The notes beneath the pieces are model-generated. The model made no database searches, was not told where the DNA came from, and was given only the letters and a program-made list of their open reading frames with translations. A stretch of DNA of 62,991 bases, counting the filler, from Rhabdomonas costata (lineage: Eukaryota), in the NCBI GenBank assembly GCA_019059605.1. It is 55 parts of 55 records of this genome, joined end to end, with 100 filler letters (N's around TTAATTAATTAA, not from the genome) between each part and the next. Parts side by side here need not be neighbours in the genome. Positions count along the whole stretch, not along the records: positions 38,998 to 40,045 come from JAHMHO010031493.1; positions 40,146 to 41,193 come from JAHMHO010031494.1; positions 41,294 to 42,341 come from JAHMHO010031495.1; positions 42,442 to 43,489 come from JAHMHO010031496.1; positions 43,590 to 44,636 come from JAHMHO010031497.1; positions 44,737 to 45,783 come from JAHMHO010031498.1; positions 45,884 to 46,930 come from JAHMHO010031499.1; positions 47,031 to 48,078 come from JAHMHO010031500.1; 47 more parts are not named here. One strand, 5' to 3'. Of the stretch, positions 39,013-50,242 are shown one piece after another. A program made the translations under genes and the position numbers. The number at the start of each line of letters is the position of its first letter. Positions within the stretch are counted from its first letter, which is position 1.

Positions 39013-39456
39013 ATGTATGACTCTATGTACTATTGTACAGATTTCAGTATAACTGATTTTGACGATACATATTTAAAATACAAAATAACTGATTATATTT
39101 ATCGTGATTATACAAAAAACAAAAAATGTGATTATATATGTGATATGTCATATATAAAAAAAAATATGTGGTGTTGTAGAACATATGAAGATAGTATATA
39201 TATAACTGAAATACTAATATATAAAATTGATATCAATCAGTATTTAAAATACAAATATTATATGTATTCAATATTTCCGATGGATATTGTTAATCATATA
39301 TTATCATTTGCATATATACTGTTTTTAGACAGTGATGAAAATAATAATGATGACGAATTATTAGAAGAAGAAGAATATGAAGACTCATCAGATTTAAGAG
39401 AATTTGGAGAATCAGAAGATTTTGAAGAATCAGACTATTCAGAAGAATTGTATTAA
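39013..39456 (+). CDS. AT-rich intronless ORF with F-box-like motif and acidic tail, giant-virus-like
   Basis: 147 aa, Y/I/K/D-rich; FPMDIVNHILSF resembles the (L)P.DI...ILSF F-box-like motif common in NCLDV proteins. Contig composition is unlike the host contigs. Confidence 0.55.
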   Translation: MYDSMYYCTDFSITDFDDTYLKYKITDYIYRDYTKNKKCDYICDMSYIKKNMWCCRTYEDSIYITEILIYKIDINQYLKYKYYMYSIFPMDIVNHILSFAYILFLDSDENNNDDELLEEEEYEDSSDLREFGESEDFEESDYSEELY

Positions 39457-39501
39457 ATATAATAAAATTATAGAGTTATAATACGTCTTGTTACTATTTA
39501 T

Positions 39502-39527
39502 TAAATAAAAATTATAATTTTTATTTA
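39502..39527. terminator. Perfect 26-nt AT palindrome downstream of the stop codon
   Basis: TAAATAAAAATTATAATTTTTATTTA is its own reverse complement, ~45 nt after TAA; consistent with the Mimiviridae hairpin polyadenylation rule. Confidence 0.5.
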
Positions 39528-39586
39528 GTCAACATCTTGTTTATTTTAAATTGTTGTGCATATCAGCGCGCATATCATGGTTAAAA

Positions 39587-39930
39587 GAATATTAAAATCA
39601 TAATAAATATATTTTATCTTTCATTGAGATATTGTATAAACATATGTTATTAAAAATAAAATATGAAAAGAACCATAGTATAGCGCTACATAATCCGTTA
39701 TTGGATGTTACTACATCCAATAACGCACATATTTACGAGAATATTAAAATCATAATAAATATATTTTATCTTTCATTGAGATAATGTATAAATATATGTT
39801 ATTAAAAATAAAATATGAAAAGAACCATAGTATAGCGCTACATAATCCATTATTAGATGTTACAACATCCAATAACGTATATATTTACAAGAATATTAAA
39901 ATAATAATAAATATATTTTATCTTTTCATT
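39587..39930. repeat. 152-bp tandem repeat, ~2.3 copies
   Basis: GAATATTAAAAT(C/A)ATAATAAATATATTTTATC starts at 39587, 39739 and 39891, with several substitutions between copies. Confidence 0.92.
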
Positions 39931-40009
39931 ATGTCTTTTTAATTAGATATACAAATAGTTGTAATCATCATATAAGTATGTATTACAAATTGTTTTCTTG
40001 AATAATAAA

Positions 40010-40017
40010 AAAATTGA
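40010..40017 (+). promoter_or_regulatory. AAAATTGA motif (Mimiviridae early promoter consensus)
   Basis: Exact octamer in intergenic AT-rich DNA at the contig end; the downstream gene is not visible. Can arise by chance in AT-rich DNA. Confidence 0.4.
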
Positions 40018-43000
40018 AAAAAATAAGATTATAACACCCACAACANNNNNNNNNNNNNNNNNNNNNNNNNNNNNNNNNNNNNNNNNNNNTTAATTAATTA
40101 ANNNNNNNNNNNNNNNNNNNNNNNNNNNNNNNNNNNNNNNNNNNNGTTGGGTGTGGTTGGTGGGGGGGGGTATTGACCGTGTTGCCGCCCTCTCGCACCA
40201 TAGCGTCGGCCTGGGCCGCGGTGTGGCGGCTACTGGCCAGAGCCGCAGCAAGGGCGCCCACGAAGGTGTTGTGGTGCAGCCGCAGCTCCCCAGTACACTC
40301 CACAGCCTTCCCACAACAGGGTACATATGACGTAGGCAAAGCAACAACACGGAGGCGACCGACCATCGAAGGACTGAATCCCCGCCTTGGTCGATGAGCA
40401 AGCTACCACTTGGAGGTGCTACATTAACCCAACGTCAGTTGTGGATGAAGAAGAACGTGTGCCCAGAGATGCGTGCGTACAAAACTGATCCGAACATTCC
40501 TTCCAATAGATTGTCGAGAGATTTGTGGCTGAGCCCTATATGTGTTATTTTGGTGATTCCTTCGCCAATCTTGCAACCCCAAACGTTTGCGTAGTATGCG
40601 TGTCGGGAGAGGTGTGTGTGGGTGTGAATGGGAGGGGAGGCAAGCCTCCACTCCCACGCAGCCGGAGTGCCCCGCGGCGTCGAAGTGCAGCCCGCGCAGC
40701 GTGAGGTCCACTGCGCCCGCGACGAAAAGCAGACTCTGGCGGGTTCCCGTGGCTCGGAACACGGGCGGGGGCGCGGGCTGCCCACTGGCTTCCGCCTTGG
40801 CAGCGGAAATGGTCAGTCCTGTTCGCACGCGGTTCGGGAAAACTCAGGAGCAGCAAACCCGCAAAAGCGAAAAGGTGCAGGTAGCCTTGTGGGAAGAGGG
40901 GAGCCAGCAGTTAAGAGCGGTAACGATTGCCAGTGAACTGCGTGGTCGCTCCTGCGAACATGAACAGAATTAAAACCCAGGAAAAAAGGCACTGCCATCA
41001 ACCGAGATTGTCACGCCCAGAGAAGAAGTTGTCACAGCTATGCATTTAGATATGCAAAGTACACTGCGCCTTGATGCAGCTCTGAAAAGATAAAAACATG
41101 CATTTGAGATACCATCCCGTGGGGAGGGGGGTTTCGAACATTCAGGGATTTTTGGCTCCAAAACCTGTAGGAATTGCAGGTGCCACCCCACACNNNNNNN
41201 NNNNNNNNNNNNNNNNNNNNNNNNNNNNNNNNNNNNNTTAATTAATTAANNNNNNNNNNNNNNNNNNNNNNNNNNNNNNNNNNNNNNNNNNNNGGGTGGG
41301 GGTGTGGATCACAACAAAGGCGAGTTTTGCAGACGGCAGCGTTTTAACAGCGCGTCGTCTCAACCCAGGGCATTGATGGGGCCTGGGGGCAGCTGAAAAC
41401 CTTCCTGAGAGCTCGCGGGGGCCATTTAGAGACAAATGTTAAGAAATTCCAGTGGCGGCGGAACTTGCCCGCACACTCTGATCCTTTTTGGGTTTGCTGG
41501 ATTGCATCAAGGACGGTTGTTTTCAGTGATGTTCTCTTTCTTCTGTAGTTATGCCGAACATATATCATAATAGCAGGCTGTTAGAGTCTAAGCGTTTAAT
41601 AAGAGCCCACTGTTCGATGCATCCACAGGACGCGCAACTTAGCCAAAACCAACTGAACCCTTGCGGCAGCCCTTCAAAGCGCAAACGAGGAAAGAACAGA
41701 CATCTCCAGCCAACAGGAAGAGTTTGGGCGAGGAGCTCAGCAGCTCAACCACAACTCATTGCAGGTCAGGGTACATAACACCAGTGCCACTTTCAGCGCA
41801 GGGCTCACCGTCCCCACACCGGCAAAGGGCCTCAGGGTGAGCATTACCCACTGTGCAGTGCCGTAGCTGAAGTCAGCACAGGTCTCATTCTTCGCTTCCT
41901 GAGGGTTGTCTGCTACTGTGTCTCGCCCACTCAGCCGTTCCACCACGACAGTGCACCCAGGCCGTCGCCCAGGAAGCTTCCCTGTGACGCACAAATCGCC
42001 CCCGCTATCGCACATCTCCATGTGTGCATGCTATGTGTCGGTATGAAAAGTGCAGCATCATGTCTGCTCAACTCGTTTTGGCGTATAGCGATGAACTCTG
42101 CGTTCACGAGCCTCCAGATTCACTAAATGGGTGGCTTCCGCAACAGTGGACCGTGACGATGCAACGCCTGCTAACCGACGAACCAAGCAGCTGTGGCAAA
42201 ATTGCATCATTGCGAGTTTCCCGGAGGAGGAGGCGAAGCATTGTGAAGTGTTTTCTCTTGGGCGTTGTACAGAGTCATGATCTGATAATGAGAAGTGCAC
42301 TGAAGCAAAAGGAAGAGGGAACTCATGCAGGCAAACCAACCNNNNNNNNNNNNNNNNNNNNNNNNNNNNNNNNNNNNNNNNNNNNTTAATTAATTAANNN
42401 NNNNNNNNNNNNNNNNNNNNNNNNNNNNNNNNNNNNNNNNNTTTTGTGTTTCCTGAAATATTCTGAAATATTCGAATCTACGGCCCCGGCTTCCGCCATG
42501 GCCGTAGATTCGAATATTTCAGAATATTTCAGGAAAAACGAACTTAAAAACCCGACTCAAAGGAACGGACACACGAACTGGACACTCCTAGCAACTGGAA
42601 GCGTGCACGCCCTGAGACATCGCCCGATGTCAAGCGCAGTACTTGGGTGGAGCTGCTCAGGCATAAGACGTTAAACTGGTGAGAGGCTTCTCATCGGGGT
42701 ATAGCATGAGTTGAATTGGTGGATTGGAGCGACAGCAGCAACGCTGGACAGCAGCATGGCTTGCAGATGTGCTTCGTTTCCCAACAGCGGGATTACTGTA
42801 CGGCCTTCACCGGCAGCGCACGTTGCCTGAACCTGACTGCGCTCTTTCAGACGGCCTCCGTGATGTCCCCACGAAGACATATGTCCTCACATGCTTCCCT
42901 CTTCTGTTGCGGAAAAAGGCTTTAAAAAAACCACGCTAAATAGTCACAGCGGCATTCCGCCCAAGATTGGGGTGTGCAGGGTGTGTGAGGACACAACCCA

Positions 43001-44513
43001 GCCAATGCCCATCGACTGGCGATCAGCGAAAAGGAACGGACCTTGCGAACAACACAGATTCCGACAAGGAGAGCAACCAATCCCGCAGGGACAAAGCATT
43101 CCATAAAACCCAAACTGAAATATATGTGCCGAGGATGGGGAGGCAGAGTCCAGCCCCCCACCACTCAACCCTCGGAAAGGATCCACCTGCACGTTGGAGG
43201 AACACTCACCCAAATGAGAAGACAAACATACATACATACATCAGTACCACACACAAACCTCGACACACCTTGGCCCCTCAGCACACCGACAGACTCAAAC
43301 GATCCGTTCCATGGCCCGAGCACCCGATGCCGCAAGATAACCACTGCGCTCCAGGGCGTTCATAGGTTGGAGCTGGGGGCCTTCCAGGTGCCATACATCC
43401 GACCTGCCGCGAGAACGCTTCTGTGGGTGCCCGCCGCGGACGTGGTGGCGGCCAGGGGCAGGGGAGAGGTTCCTCGCAGCGGCGGCCATNNNNNNNNNNN
43501 NNNNNNNNNNNNNNNNNNNNNNNNNNNNNNNNNTTAATTAATTAANNNNNNNNNNNNNNNNNNNNNNNNNNNNNNNNNNNNNNNNNNNNGGGGTTGTTTT
43601 CCGGAGGACGCCCGATGCGCTCGTGAGAGCTCTGGGTTGCGTAGGTGAGGGGTAGGGTTGTAATTATGGTTCGCGGTAGTGGTAAATAATGGGAGGCAGG
43701 TTCAGATCCTGACAGGGGAATTTAAGGGCAATACACGGGGAATCTGTAAGGTCATATCTTCCTCCCAGTCATCCCCATTAGGATCACTGAAAATATTATC
43801 CATCCCGTCTTGGGGTACGGCGAAGACCAGTTGGGAGCGCTATTTCAGTGTGAAACAGTGTGCCCTTGAGACCAGGGCCGCCCTGCAGGTTTAACAGGAC
43901 ACTTGCCCGTCCAGCCTACATAAACGGGTCAGTACATAAACCGACCCGCAGAAGTGGGCACCACTTGACGATTCCGTTCCCGCTCCAGCGGACAGATCTG
44001 TCTCTACACCTTCTTCACCACACATCAGGACCGAGCCACTCCTGAAAATCACCGTGACAAACGATGCGCAAGTCAATGACAAAAGAGACAGGTTCCGACA
44101 ACCCCGGAAAACGCGGTGTGCATTCCGCTCCGCACAGGTCACATACCGACAATAATGTTCCAAGTGGAACACTTTTGTCCTCAGACTGGCGCTAGAAAAG
44201 AATGCTGCGCGTGCGCATGCGCGCGCACACACTCACATACACGCACGCACGCACACACAGGGGCACGGTGACGCCTGAAGATACCGGTGCTGCCCGTTCA
44301 CTCCTATGAAAGAAAAGCACAAAGGGGCGTTCCCGCTAGAAAAGGCCCCAGCCCCCCAAGGAAGGAGTGTGGGTCTCAGTGACCTGAGCAGCAATGGAGC
44401 AATGCAGGTAGCCGCTGGGAAAGAGCAGCTGCACGACAAAGGCCCAGGACAAGTGGGGCTGAAGGGAGGTTACCAGATGTGGAACGCTCGTCCGTGAGCC
44501 GGTTCCGGTTCTC

Positions 44514-44625
44514 CACGGCACCGTTCACTCCAAGGGCACCTCTCGCGAGCACCCGTGGCCAACAGCGGTTGCGCCCGTCAGTCCACAGTGGTCACCAACA
44601 ACCAAGCAACCAGGCAACCAGGCAA
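44514..44625 (+). repeat. Dispersed repeat, copy 1
   Basis: ctctcgcgagcaccc.tgg.caacagc...gtcagtccacagtggtcaccaacaaccaagcaaccag is shared with 57140-57249 (minus). Confidence 0.85.
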
Positions 44626-45263
44626 CCCCCACACCCNNNNNNNNNNNNNNNNNNNNNNNNNNNNNNNNNNNNNNNNNNNNTTAATTAATTAANNNNNNNN
44701 NNNNNNNNNNNNNNNNNNNNNNNNNNNNNNNNNNNNCCCCCCCAGGCATGAGAGTTCGGAATTGGGGCAGGCAGGCAGGCCTTGAGCGAATTCTGGACTC
44801 TCAAGAACGCACGTACGCAATGAGACCCATGAGACCCAGAGGGCAGCTTACGCACGAGGACCGCTATCGAGGCGATGCCCTCACACACTATTACACCGCC
44901 TTTGTTAAGTCTCATCTGAGGCGACCTCACGGTAGACCTAACATACTCGCATTTTAACCTCACTGAAGTGCCCTGAGAATGACTTATCCAAGAGCTTATG
45001 AGGTGAGCATCGTCCACTGCATCCCACGCTCCTGCAACTCCTTCCACCCCGTGCGAGAGCAGTTTGACACACGTTCAGAGGTTATCTGGAAAGGATTTTG
45101 CTTTCGTTGGCAGAACGGCATAGTGATTGGCAGGCGTTCGAAGTTGTGCACCGATTGTAGCTCAGCCGATGGGTTTTGGGGTTGGCATGACAGAGCCGGT
45201 TGGTCCTTCAGGATTTTACGGGGTCAGTGGATCGCCCGTCAATCCCCCCTCCCCTTGCTACAG

Positions 45264-45536
45264 GTGGCCCGCAACGCACTAATGGGCAGCCTTTCCACGG
45301 TCGTCGCGGACGTTCTGGGAAACCCCGCCCGGGTCGTAAAGACGGCGATGCAGACCCACCCCACGCCGGGGGCGAGGTATACGGAAGTGGTGGCGCAGAT
45401 CCTCGCTAAAGATGGCCTGCCAGGTCTCTTTCTGCGAGGGCTGAAGACCCGTTTGCTAGTGAACGTGCTGCAGCGCACGCTTTTCTCCATCCTGTGGAGA
45501 ATGCTTTCGGAGGCCTTTGCCGGAGACCCGGGGTAG
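45264..45536 (+). CDS. Mitochondrial carrier family protein, last exon
   Basis: tacag acceptor; GNPARVVKTAMQT...YTEVVAQILAKDGLPGLFLRGLKTRLL: carrier P..V.K...Q and (D/E)G..GL..G motifs; stop at 45536. Confidence 0.8.
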   Translation: MARNALMGSLSTVVADVLGNPARVVKTAMQTHPTPGARYTEVVAQILAKDGLPGLFLRGLKTRLLVNVLQRTLFSILWRMLSEAFAGDPG

Positions 45537-47097
45537 TAGGCTTTAACGGGAGGTCCTGCAGTTGCATGGGATCCCGGATCTCGCTTTTGCTGCTGGCTGA
45601 GTCTGCTGTTGCCGTGAGGCAGGGCACAAGCTTCAGTGAGACCTGACGAAAACGGTGCTGCTGGGCGCGCCATTTTCGACTATGACAAAGAGTGAAGGGA
45701 AGAGCAGCCGCATCAGCTGCCCAAATAGATCACCGTCTCTCAGATGCCGTGTTTCGGTCATGCTGCGGAGTGGCTTATGTCAGNNNNNNNNNNNNNNNNN
45801 NNNNNNNNNNNNNNNNNNNNNNNNNNNTTAATTAATTAANNNNNNNNNNNNNNNNNNNNNNNNNNNNNNNNNNNNNNNNNNNNCATCGCCTTTTATTTTA
45901 AGTGTGTTTTCTCTCCGTCCCAGGGCCTGCATTGTCAGCGAGCATGGGCTAGGGACTGTGTACACATGTAGAAGGGGAGAAGGGTGGGGTACGTCTGGAG
46001 GCGGAGCGTGCGCTATCGGAAGTGCCCACAGTGCAGTCTCAGGTCAGGTACAGACTGCGCGCCACGGCAGTGCCCAGCAGAATACGGTATAGCCGTGCTT
46101 CTTCCACACACACATATTCACTTTGCTCTGCTTTGGGATGCCCCTGCTAGCTGGCTGGCGATTCGCCTCCATTGAAAACCCCTGCCTGCTGATCCCCTTG
46201 CTTGCCGATTTTTGTACAGCTCAGGACTGGGACTCACGGATCGCTTTGCACGGATTTCTGTTGGTGGGTGCGGTTCCAGTTCCCACCTGTTGGGCTAGCA
46301 TGCTTTGAATGCCGTTGTCGGAGGATCGTGGAGTATCTTGTGTTTCGCTACTTTTGTTGCAATTTGCCGCGAGAAGGTTAGATGTTTCCTGGTGTAGCTT
46401 TTCCTCCAGGATTTTTTCTAATCCTTCACTTGCCCAATATAACGGGGCAACGTGATGGGAACAAATCGTAGCATTCTTCCTCTGCGGTCGTGCCTCCGGA
46501 CCTGCCTCCCTGAGGACTGTATCCCTTCTTCAAGTGGTCTCATATAGGTCCGCTCCGGAGTTCTTTTTCCACGCTTGCTTCTGGGTCCCCTTTTGAAATG
46601 GTCGGTTCCAACCACTTGCCTTGTGAAAAGCCGATTTGGTAACTACGAAATCCGAACTCGCACGCGTTCTGCAAGATGGGTCGTAAGTGGCACGCGTGGC
46701 TGTTGAATGCTGCTCCGGACGCTGTTTTTTTCGATGGCAGTGGTGCTCCCAATACTGTGACTCTGGCAAAGATTCCGCGGATGATTTTCCCCTAGCTGCC
46801 GACACATGCCCGCATTCACCCTTCCACCCTGCCGGCCGGCAGGCTTTTCCGTCACACGCCCGCCCCCAACCGGCATATTCTGCCTGGTTTCTGTTTATCC
46901 TCCGGCAGTTTGTTTTCGGCCGGGCACCCCNNNNNNNNNNNNNNNNNNNNNNNNNNNNNNNNNNNNNNNNNNNNTTAATTAATTAANNNNNNNNNNNNNN
47001 NNNNNNNNNNNNNNNNNNNNNNNNNNNNNNTTTGTTTTGTTTTAACCTTCATTTTGTATAAATACAATAGAAAATTTTTTACCATTGTTATAGATTT

Positions 47098-47352
47098 TTA
47101 GTTGTTCCAACAACGACCACCGTTACAACAACCTTCACATCGTTTCATCATTTGATCAGTAAAGTAATTTTGATGGTAGGTCATTTGTACTTTTAATTCG
47201 TTAATCTCATACACTAGTTGATTTATTTTAATATTTGTGTTAAGATCATTTACAGAATTTAATTGTAACTGCATTAATTCTTGTTCTTTAGACGCAATCA
47301 TTATTTTTAGATTTTCGACTAAATCCATAGTAGTATAATAATCAAGGGACAT
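47098..47352 (-). CDS. Small AT-rich virus-like ORF (coiled coil, C-terminal CxxCCxxxxC)
   Basis: 84-aa intronless ORF; TCTA motif 13 nt upstream of ATG. Confidence 0.55.
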   Translation of the reverse strand: MSLDYYTTMDLVENLKIMIASKEQELMQLQLNSVNDLNTNIKINQLVYEINELKVQMTYHQNYFTDQMMKRCEGCCNGGRCWNN

Positions 47353-47428
47353 TCTATATTATCAATAGAGATTTTATTATTCCCTTAATAGGACACATTA
47401 TTAAAGTCAATATTATTTCAAAGTTCAT

Positions 47429-47800
47429 TTATACAATAGAACCTACACAAATTAAATTTCCATTTGTTCCATCTCCAACATATATAAATTCACGGCACAA
47501 CCACGACGTACTATATGTTTTTGTGGCAAGTCCTTCAATTTTATTATTACTCCCTTTACACAATACAATACTAGTATTACCCATTGCACCGTTTTTATCA
47601 ACTATACGGAATGTCTGACCATTTTATATACTCCAGACACTGAAAAGGGGAACGCTGTTAATAGAGCAAAAGATCCAACAAAAAAGACCGTATTTACATA
47701 ATCTGGTATTGGAGTGTTAGCATTATTTAAATCTGTAATCCTAAAGCCTTGTGTACCATAATTTGGCAGAGCACTATAATAAACTGATGTTTCGCACATG
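47429..47800 (-). pseudogene. Frameshifted viral fibre/baseplate-like gene 3' end
   Basis: After a frameshift near 47620 it reads GQTFRIVDKNGAMGNTSIVLCKGSNNKIEGLATKTYSTSWLCREFIYVGDGTNGN...*, resembling the G..(F/V).I.D..G......I......I.G......T......(L/F).Y.G beta domain of phage/virus fibre proteins. Confidence 0.45.
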
Positions 47801-47874
47801 CTCCGTCCCTCCACAGCACACCTCTTTCATACCCTAATTTTGTGTGTTCCGGAACCACGCTCCCTCACTCCCTC

Positions 47875-48078
47875 ATGTCTTCTGAGCCTGACCCACAGCG
47901 GAGGCGGACGGAGGAGGCACCCCCACGCTGGGCGCTTGAGCTCTCCGAGCAGGTGCGGCACCTGAGCGAGCGCGTTCAAGCGCTCAGCATTGCCTCGACG
48001 CAGCACCCCCCCACCGTGACGTATCCCACCCATGTCACGACCCAAGCTCTGACAGACCTGGCCAGTGACCCCCCCACA
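47875..48078 (+). CDS. GC-rich ORF start with coiled coil (host gene or gag-like)
   Basis: MSSEPDPQRRRTEEAPPRWALELSEQVRHLSERVQALS...; begins ~75 nt after the AT/GC junction. Confidence 0.35.
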
Positions 48079-50005
48079 NNNNNNNNNNNNNNNNNNNNNN
48101 NNNNNNNNNNNNNNNNNNNNNNTTAATTAATTAANNNNNNNNNNNNNNNNNNNNNNNNNNNNNNNNNNNNNNNNNNNNCGAGGCCCGCACCAAGTCCCTC
48201 AGCCAGGCCGGCGCTCAGGCAGAACGAGCCGTGCGAGTGGTACGCGCTTCACTGTTTGGACGTCGTTTGGTTTTTGTGACCCCATGTGAGTGCTTTGTCC
48301 ACTGAGGTATGACTGGGCTCTTGTGAGTGAATGTTTCAAAATCGATTGTGACTGAGTCAGTGAGTGTCTGGGTAGGTTGGTGGGTGGGTGATGCCCGTCA
48401 CCAGTGGTTTCCGTCCAGGCTTGTATCATCAAGGGCTGAGAATGCCGTGCACCGTGGTACAAGCTACATTTTTACAGGGGATATGTACCTTGTCGCTGTG
48501 TATATGCGGGGTGGGGCAGAGCAACCCATCGACCTCATAAATTGCTTCACACTGTTTTTGCTGCTGGAACGGCACCCCCACCCCTCCAGACTCACAGCTG
48601 GTTTGCTGCACCCACTGCCATTGACTGTGCATTGCTTGTGTGGCATTGCCCGAAGTGGTGTCGCTTGTGAGTGCCCCTTTTCTTCGCACCCGGTTTTCCT
48701 CAAAGGAGGCGGTGTCCGGAGATTTGATGAAGACAAATGCGCGCCTCCAGGATGTCGTAACCAAGCTCACGATGGCTCAGGTGTGAACCATCAAGAAAAA
48801 CAGCTTTTTGCTTATTTTCTTTGCCAGGGATGCTATCCCAGCGCTGCACCCTGCATGCAATGGTGATAAATCAGTCGCTGCTGCTATCCGAATGGATTTT
48901 TTCACAGGCCAGTGCGTAGTGCGTGGAACCCATATACAGTCCACTTTGACTTTCATCAACTTCCTGGGAGATGTGAAAGTGTCGTTCTTGTCCTTTCGAT
49001 TGATTAATTAGGGTGGCTCAACGAAGGGTGTGGGGTTTTGTACATACATTCTAAGTACCGTCAATAAACCCTCTGCTGCGCTGGGGAAAGAAGCGGTACA
49101 CGATTTTAAAAACGGTAAGCCGCCAGGGGCACAGGTGGATTCCGGCCTGAGGGTGCAAGGAGATTAGTCAAAAGCCAAAGTGAACCGAAAAAGTAATGCC
49201 ACCCCCCCCCACCACACCCAACACANNNNNNNNNNNNNNNNNNNNNNNNNNNNNNNNNNNNNNNNNNNNTTAATTAATTAANNNNNNNNNNNNNNNNNNN
49301 NNNNNNNNNNNNNNNNNNNNNNNNNGTGGTGGTGTTTTTTCCAGGTCCCGCTCCCCTGTCATGAGCACACAAATGTGAATTTCGTGTGGTCCAACAAGCT
49401 CTTCGTCCTAGGGTAGTCTGGGAACGCTGACTTCAGCCTGGTTTGCTTTGATTTTTTCTCAGGGCCAATTTGTCGTTTCGGAACATTGAGGATTGCGGCT
49501 GATTTCTGGGGTTCACTTACCTACCCTTTTGCAGTGAGAGGTTGTCTCTCTCTCTCTCTCTCTGTGGGAAAGCGGAAGCCCTGTCGGAAGCTCTGTCTCT
49601 GACTCTCCGCTCTGGCCCTCCTTGGCGGACTCCGTGCTTTGAGCCGGGTATTGGCACGCCTTATGCTCTGCGTTGGCTTCTTATATCAAATGGATTAGAC
49701 CGCTGCCCTCTCCCTCGCTATTTCGTTGGCGCCCTCATCTTCTGAGCCTTTGGTGTGGGCGGTTTCATGCAGGCATGGGAAGCACCAGTTTCGAATTGGG
49801 CAGGGTAAAGACGGGTGCAGACGCTTATTCGCTCCGGGACTCATGGCTGACGAGCTCGGCAGTTTGTTGCGAGAATCGATGTGGAATCGGTGTGGGCTAG
49901 AAAAAAATCACACGCGTCTCCATCCAAAGCATTTTTTCTTTTCCTTCTCAGTTTTCGGGACTGCGAGGGGTCTTTCTGTGGGCTTTGACCCGTGGGGCGC
50001 ACCCC

Positions 50006-50242
50006 ATGAGCTCGGGCATCGCAGGTGGTCCCTCCCGCGCGGGCGGGGCCTCCCCCTTTGTGGTGGTGCAGGACTTGGGCTCCGGGGAGCCTAGCTCCCT
50101 GCCCTCGCGGGAGTGGCTCCTGCTGCACACCCACGGCGCGTACTCCACCGCGCGCACGGTGGGTCGCGGAACCGCGGTCTTTGACTATGAGGGCCACCTG
50201 GCCCGGCTTGCTGAGAGTGTGGCGTTACTTCTGGCCAAGGAG
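50006..50242 (+). CDS. Class IV aminotransferase-like (BCAT/ADC-lyase fold) protein, first exon
   Basis: HGAYSTARTV...VFDYEGHLARLAES matches G.(Y/F).T.R......F....H..RL..S; donor gtctgc at 50243. Confidence 0.72.

Noticed and set aside
40146-40830. Possible beta-helix (pectin-lyase-like) exons on the minus strand
   Set aside because: Could not build a consistent spliced frame or a diagnostic motif.
42449-42537. Long perfect stem-loop resembling a terminator or MITE
   Set aside because: At the contig start with perfect arms; artefact.
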